Source of the DNA: a virus
Taxonomy: Duplodnaviria > Caudoviricetes
DNA length: 58,395 bases
Virus record (IMG/VR): IMGVR_UViG_3300031772_000043
Coordinates: 1 to 58,395 of that record
Direction: 5' to 3' (one strand)
The notes below the pieces were generated by a model. The model saw only the letters and a program-made list of their open reading frames with translations, ran no database searches and was not told the origin of the DNA. The stretch's first letter is position 1, and every line of letters starts with the position of its first letter. Positions 55,047-58,395 of this stretch are shown piece after piece. Position numbers and translations under genes: made by a program.

Positions 55047-55460
55047 TTATAGGATGGGAGTAGGGGCACGGAACGTAGTTCCCTGGGACCCTGTGGTTAC
55101 GTTTCTGTTCCGGTAAGTCACTGTCAGGGGATCGCTGATCAAGAGAGTCACATGTTCTACTTGCGTGGCAGCAGCGGCATCGTAGGAGAACGTAACTGTC
55201 AACTCGTACTGCGCAAAGGCAGCCGGTGTCAGGTCAAGTGCGCCTGTGTACAAGAAGGAACTGCCCGGGGCCAAGGCCAGAAAAATCTCTCCCAAGTTTC
55301 CTAGCGCGAGGTCTTTAGCTAGGGCCCCCGTAGTCGGATCGACTCTGAATATTTCACATAGGGGATTTGAGTCTGGTGTTACCAATGTGCCATTCGTTCG
55401 TTTGGAAACGAGGCTAACTGCCACAAACTGCTGGTCGCGATGTGCTAAAATTTGGGGCAT
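55047..55460 (-). CDS. hypothetical beta-rich (Ig-like?) protein
   Basis: 137 aa, coupled. Confidence 0.6.
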   Translation of the reverse strand: MPQILAHRDQQFVAVSLVSKRTNGTLVTPDSNPLCEIFRVDPTTGALAKDLALGNLGEIFLALAPGSSFLYTGALDLTPAAFAQYELTVTFSYDAAAATQVEHVTLLISDPLTVTYRNRNVTTGSQGTTFRAPTPIL

Positions 55461-57109
55461 TAGACTGCCTCCTCAAGGGTCGTAGGTAGTTCGTCATCAT
55501 CGATACTGCGATTAAAGCTGCGGCTCAGAGATACTCGCTGCTCCATCTTATCGATTAGAGAATTCACATTCTCAATAGCCTTTTCGATGTCGCTTCGGGC
55601 TTTGATGACTCTAGGCAAACTGGCGGGTTTCGGAAAGTACAGAGCAGCTCCAGTTTTGGTCTTCATGACTTCCGGAGTCTGTCCCATTGCTGCCGCAAAA
55701 GAGGACTTCTTGGACGATAGAATCATGACCAGGTGGTCTCTAAAAGAGACACCGTTCTCGTCTTGCTGGTCGTCACCAGGTGCGTTAGCCCATAGAATGA
55801 TCATACGGTATTTGTCATCGAACTCCACAAAACCGGAAAATCTGGACTTACGGATCAGTTCTAGCGTCAGCCGAGCAATATGCTTTCCAATGAACTCGTC
55901 CTCCTTTAGCTCCACCGAAGGAAACGCGTCATCAATCTGATCTGGGGCGAAAGGAAGGCGCACGAGCCGTACGATACTTGTGTCGTTTTCGCCGGGCTGG
56001 GACACACTTTCTAGTGCTGCCTGCTCCGCCTCATACTGCTCTGCACCTCTTCCAACTCGTACCAATCCAGCTTGGGCCTGAAATAGCTCTTCTAGCCTCT
56101 GGGCAGCTCTTTCTAGCTTTTTCCGATCCGTGGAGATAAGTGTCGCCTTGCTGCCCTCCAGCGACCCGCTGACTACTCCATGAGTCTTCTCTTGTATCCG
56201 CTTCAAAACGTGGGTCCACGTCCCTGGTGTGCCGCCCCCAACATTTGACTCGTCGAATACCAGGTTTATTTGGTAAGATTCTGGTGTAGTCAGGATGTTA
56301 GCTGGATACTCGTACTTGGTGTTGTCTTCCATCTTCCAGTCAGGCCGCACACCTGTTACGGCTCTGACCAGGGCAGGAACGTCGGATTCCGCGAGTGCGT
56401 ACCACCGCTCTCCATCTACGGAAGGCGAATGGAGGTGGTACAATGAAATTCGTGGACCCTCGGCTGCCGTTCCGGTGGAACGGTTAAACAGAGACGCTAC
56501 TTCGTCGTAACGCTTGTTCAAAAACTCGGTCTGCTGTGTGCCTGCTCGGGCTTCGTCGTTCCCCACTTCATAGTGGGCTCCCTCTGTAGCGGTCTTCTTG
56601 ACAGCCGAAATCAAGTCTTCAACAAGACGCACTAACTCCGCACCTGTGTGCTGCGTGACTACCCTTCCCAGGTTGTCTCGAATGTGCTCTGAGTCATGAA
56701 GACGCAGCTCATACATCTTCTCACGTAGACGACGCAAAGGCTTGTCTAGAGCTTGCGCCTCTCCACCAGAGAATCCTGGGTCATTGTTCTCAAAGGACCC
56801 TCCGCTAGTGTTCTTGACCCAATCATAACGCTTGCGAAAGCTGGGTAGCTTAAATCCTCTCGACTCAAGTCCGCTGCGCAATTGGTCTAGAAGATGTACC
56901 GGATTCTCCGTAACTGGCAGGGATTCGGACACTAGATTGTTGTGGGAGTACAAAATAGAGACGAGGGTACTCATGTCCCTATCGAAAAGGGAGGGATCCC
57001 CGACTACGTTCTCCAAGGCGGATAGGCGCACCTTTGGATTCGTCAGAACCTCATAGGCAAGCTTCTGAAGGAAAATAGCACGCTTCTCAAGTAAAACTCG
57101 GGCTGACAT
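55460..57109 (-). CDS. hypothetical protein
   Basis: 549 aa, coupled. Confidence 0.7.
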   Translation of the reverse strand: MSARVLLEKRAIFLQKLAYEVLTNPKVRLSALENVVGDPSLFDRDMSTLVSILYSHNNLVSESLPVTENPVHLLDQLRSGLESRGFKLPSFRKRYDWVKNTSGGSFENNDPGFSGGEAQALDKPLRRLREKMYELRLHDSEHIRDNLGRVVTQHTGAELVRLVEDLISAVKKTATEGAHYEVGNDEARAGTQQTEFLNKRYDEVASLFNRSTGTAAEGPRISLYHLHSPSVDGERWYALAESDVPALVRAVTGVRPDWKMEDNTKYEYPANILTTPESYQINLVFDESNVGGGTPGTWTHVLKRIQEKTHGVVSGSLEGSKATLISTDRKKLERAAQRLEELFQAQAGLVRVGRGAEQYEAEQAALESVSQPGENDTSIVRLVRLPFAPDQIDDAFPSVELKEDEFIGKHIARLTLELIRKSRFSGFVEFDDKYRMIILWANAPGDDQQDENGVSFRDHLVMILSSKKSSFAAAMGQTPEVMKTKTGAALYFPKPASLPRVIKARSDIEKAIENVNSLIDKMEQRVSLSRSFNRSIDDDELPTTLEEAV

Positions 57110-57928
57110 TTATGGCCTCTTGGGTTTCTTGGGGCGCACCGTAGTCCAGGCTCCCAAATCGTATCCGTCTGAACACAGCTGGTCAAACAGCTTGCGCAAC
57201 AGGCGAGAGGCGGGCTTAGACATAGTGTAGCCGTCGTAGCACAAGGAATTGTGTAGTTCGCGTACAGACCGCTGTAGGGAGGTCTTAGCGTGAAGTGAGG
57301 AGGAGCTAGCATTGGACTTGTACGCGGGCACGTCTTGTCGCGCACACTCACTTAGCCAGAATTTAAGAGCCAGGGCCCATTGATCTTCAATTCCCTTGGG
57401 GGCTAGGATAGTGTCACGACGTTTAGGGTCACGAAGAACCCTGTTCCATAACCGAATAGCCTCAGGTGAGGCTCCTTCTGGGGGCTTGTTCAGCTTAGGG
57501 GACGCTCCGTTTGCTTGGCGTGCTAACCGCAACTTGGTCGCTGCAGACACAGTCGAGGCGGCTGCAATGACCTGTTTTACTTCTGCCTGAAGGTTCAGTG
57601 GCATCAAGGGTCGATTCAAAAAGCCTTTTTCTTTGAGAAAAGACGTAGAATCTTCGAGGTCCTGGGGCTTCCAAACCAGAGCTATTGCCTCTTGCAGGTG
57701 GTCTAGGCGCACCTTGTTCTTGACGTAAACTTTGGCCATATTGCGCACTTGATCGTCATTAGTAGTGCCGATAGTACGCAATCTACCCAAGAATTGAGTG
57801 TAGTATTCTTGTGGCAGAACACTGAAAATCTTCAGCCAGCCCTGGTCTTCCTCAAGAATATCCCAAAGGAGATGCTTGGGAGCGTATAGGATCGCCTTCT
57901 TTTGCTGGTCTAGAGGTAGGATATCCAT
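57110..57928 (-). CDS. hypothetical protein
   Basis: 272 aa, coupled. Confidence 0.7.
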   Translation of the reverse strand: MDILPLDQQKKAILYAPKHLLWDILEEDQGWLKIFSVLPQEYYTQFLGRLRTIGTTNDDQVRNMAKVYVKNKVRLDHLQEAIALVWKPQDLEDSTSFLKEKGFLNRPLMPLNLQAEVKQVIAAASTVSAATKLRLARQANGASPKLNKPPEGASPEAIRLWNRVLRDPKRRDTILAPKGIEDQWALALKFWLSECARQDVPAYKSNASSSSLHAKTSLQRSVRELHNSLCYDGYTMSKPASRLLRKLFDQLCSDGYDLGAWTTVRPKKPKRP

Positions 57929-58332
57929 TAGATGAACTCCCTGAGAACCTGGAGTTCCGCACGTGCCTCTTCGACCTGTGCCAAAGCGGTGGCGAGTGCC
58001 GCATTAGGCTTGGCGTGTAGGAGACTTGCGGCCTGCACGATAGTGGCTGCCCCTATCTTGGAGCCGCCCTTCTCTAGAATTCTGGAGATCTCGTTTCGGG
58101 TAGAGGTTTGGCTCTTACCGGTGGCAACAACGTGGGCCACCTTCTGCGCAAGAGATACCGCCGTATGGTCTGGTAGGGTAGTAACCAGACTACGAATCTC
58201 CGCGCCGAGCATGTGAAGCAGCTTCCGGGACGGTGGAGCCATCACACGTTCAAGGTCTGCTTGTACCACCTGTCGCATCCGACGGGCAGCAAGGAGCATC
58301 TGCTTCTCTGCGTTAGTAAGGGTAGAGGTCAT
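57928..58332 (-). CDS. hypothetical Ala/Arg-rich protein
   Basis: 134 aa, first visible gene of the - strand block. Confidence 0.65.
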   Translation of the reverse strand: MTSTLTNAEKQMLLAARRMRQVVQADLERVMAPPSRKLLHMLGAEIRSLVTTLPDHTAVSLAQKVAHVVATGKSQTSTRNEISRILEKGGSKIGAATIVQAASLLHAKPNAALATALAQVEEARAELQVLREFI

Positions 58333-58351
58333 CAGATTCTCTCGTGTAGTG

Positions 58352-58379
58352 GAAGGCCCTTTGAAAATTGGGGGCCTTC
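58352..58379. promoter_or_regulatory. hairpin GAAGGCCC...GGGCCTTC upstream of the - strand block
   Basis: 8-bp inverted repeat read directly; function unknown. Confidence 0.35.
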
Positions 58380-58395
58380 AACAATAACCTGGGTT

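Noticed and set aside
41198-58216. Many + strand ORFs opposite the large - strand genes
   Set aside because: These Ser-rich antisense shadow frames lack RBS or family motifs.
1-58395. Genome-wide TAG to Gln (code 15) or TGA recoding
   Set aside because: Standard-code ORFs tile densely, and recognisable genes end at TAG/TGA at the expected length. The tRNA anticodons are UUG, CUG and UGA, not CUA or UCA.

Overview
This window is a gene-dense fragment of a large (jumbo-type) dsDNA bacteriophage genome in the standard genetic code. No capsid, portal, terminase or DNA polymerase gene is recognisable. Positions ~1.4-40.2 kb are mostly + strand. They hold many short early/accessory ORFs, nucleotide and host-takeover enzymes (DUF550, 2H phosphoesterase, SNase, thioredoxin, M23 peptidase, CoaB-like fusion, Pth2, DNA methyltransferase, SLOG, KhpA, dUTPase), a replication block (5'-3' exonuclease, intein-containing SF2 helicase, two DEDD exonucleases, DnaB, beta-clamp-like protein, IF-1) and three tRNAs (Gln-UUG, Gln-CUG, Ser-UGA). 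Positions ~40.2-58.3 kb are a - strand block of unassigned, probably virion-associated proteins. Three signals stand out. (1) A 2637-aa protein contains a split sigma70-like module with two region-4-like segments. (2) Many - strand proteins, including the giant one, share a basic N-terminal 'RLx[RK]VA' leader that looks like a capsid-targeting propeptide. (3) A 17-bp motif, GAACCCTKCYGATAGTA, occurs six times ahead of + strand gene clusters. Together these suggest a virion-delivered sigma-like transcription system; this is a hypothesis. All family calls are by-eye motif recognition, not database results.
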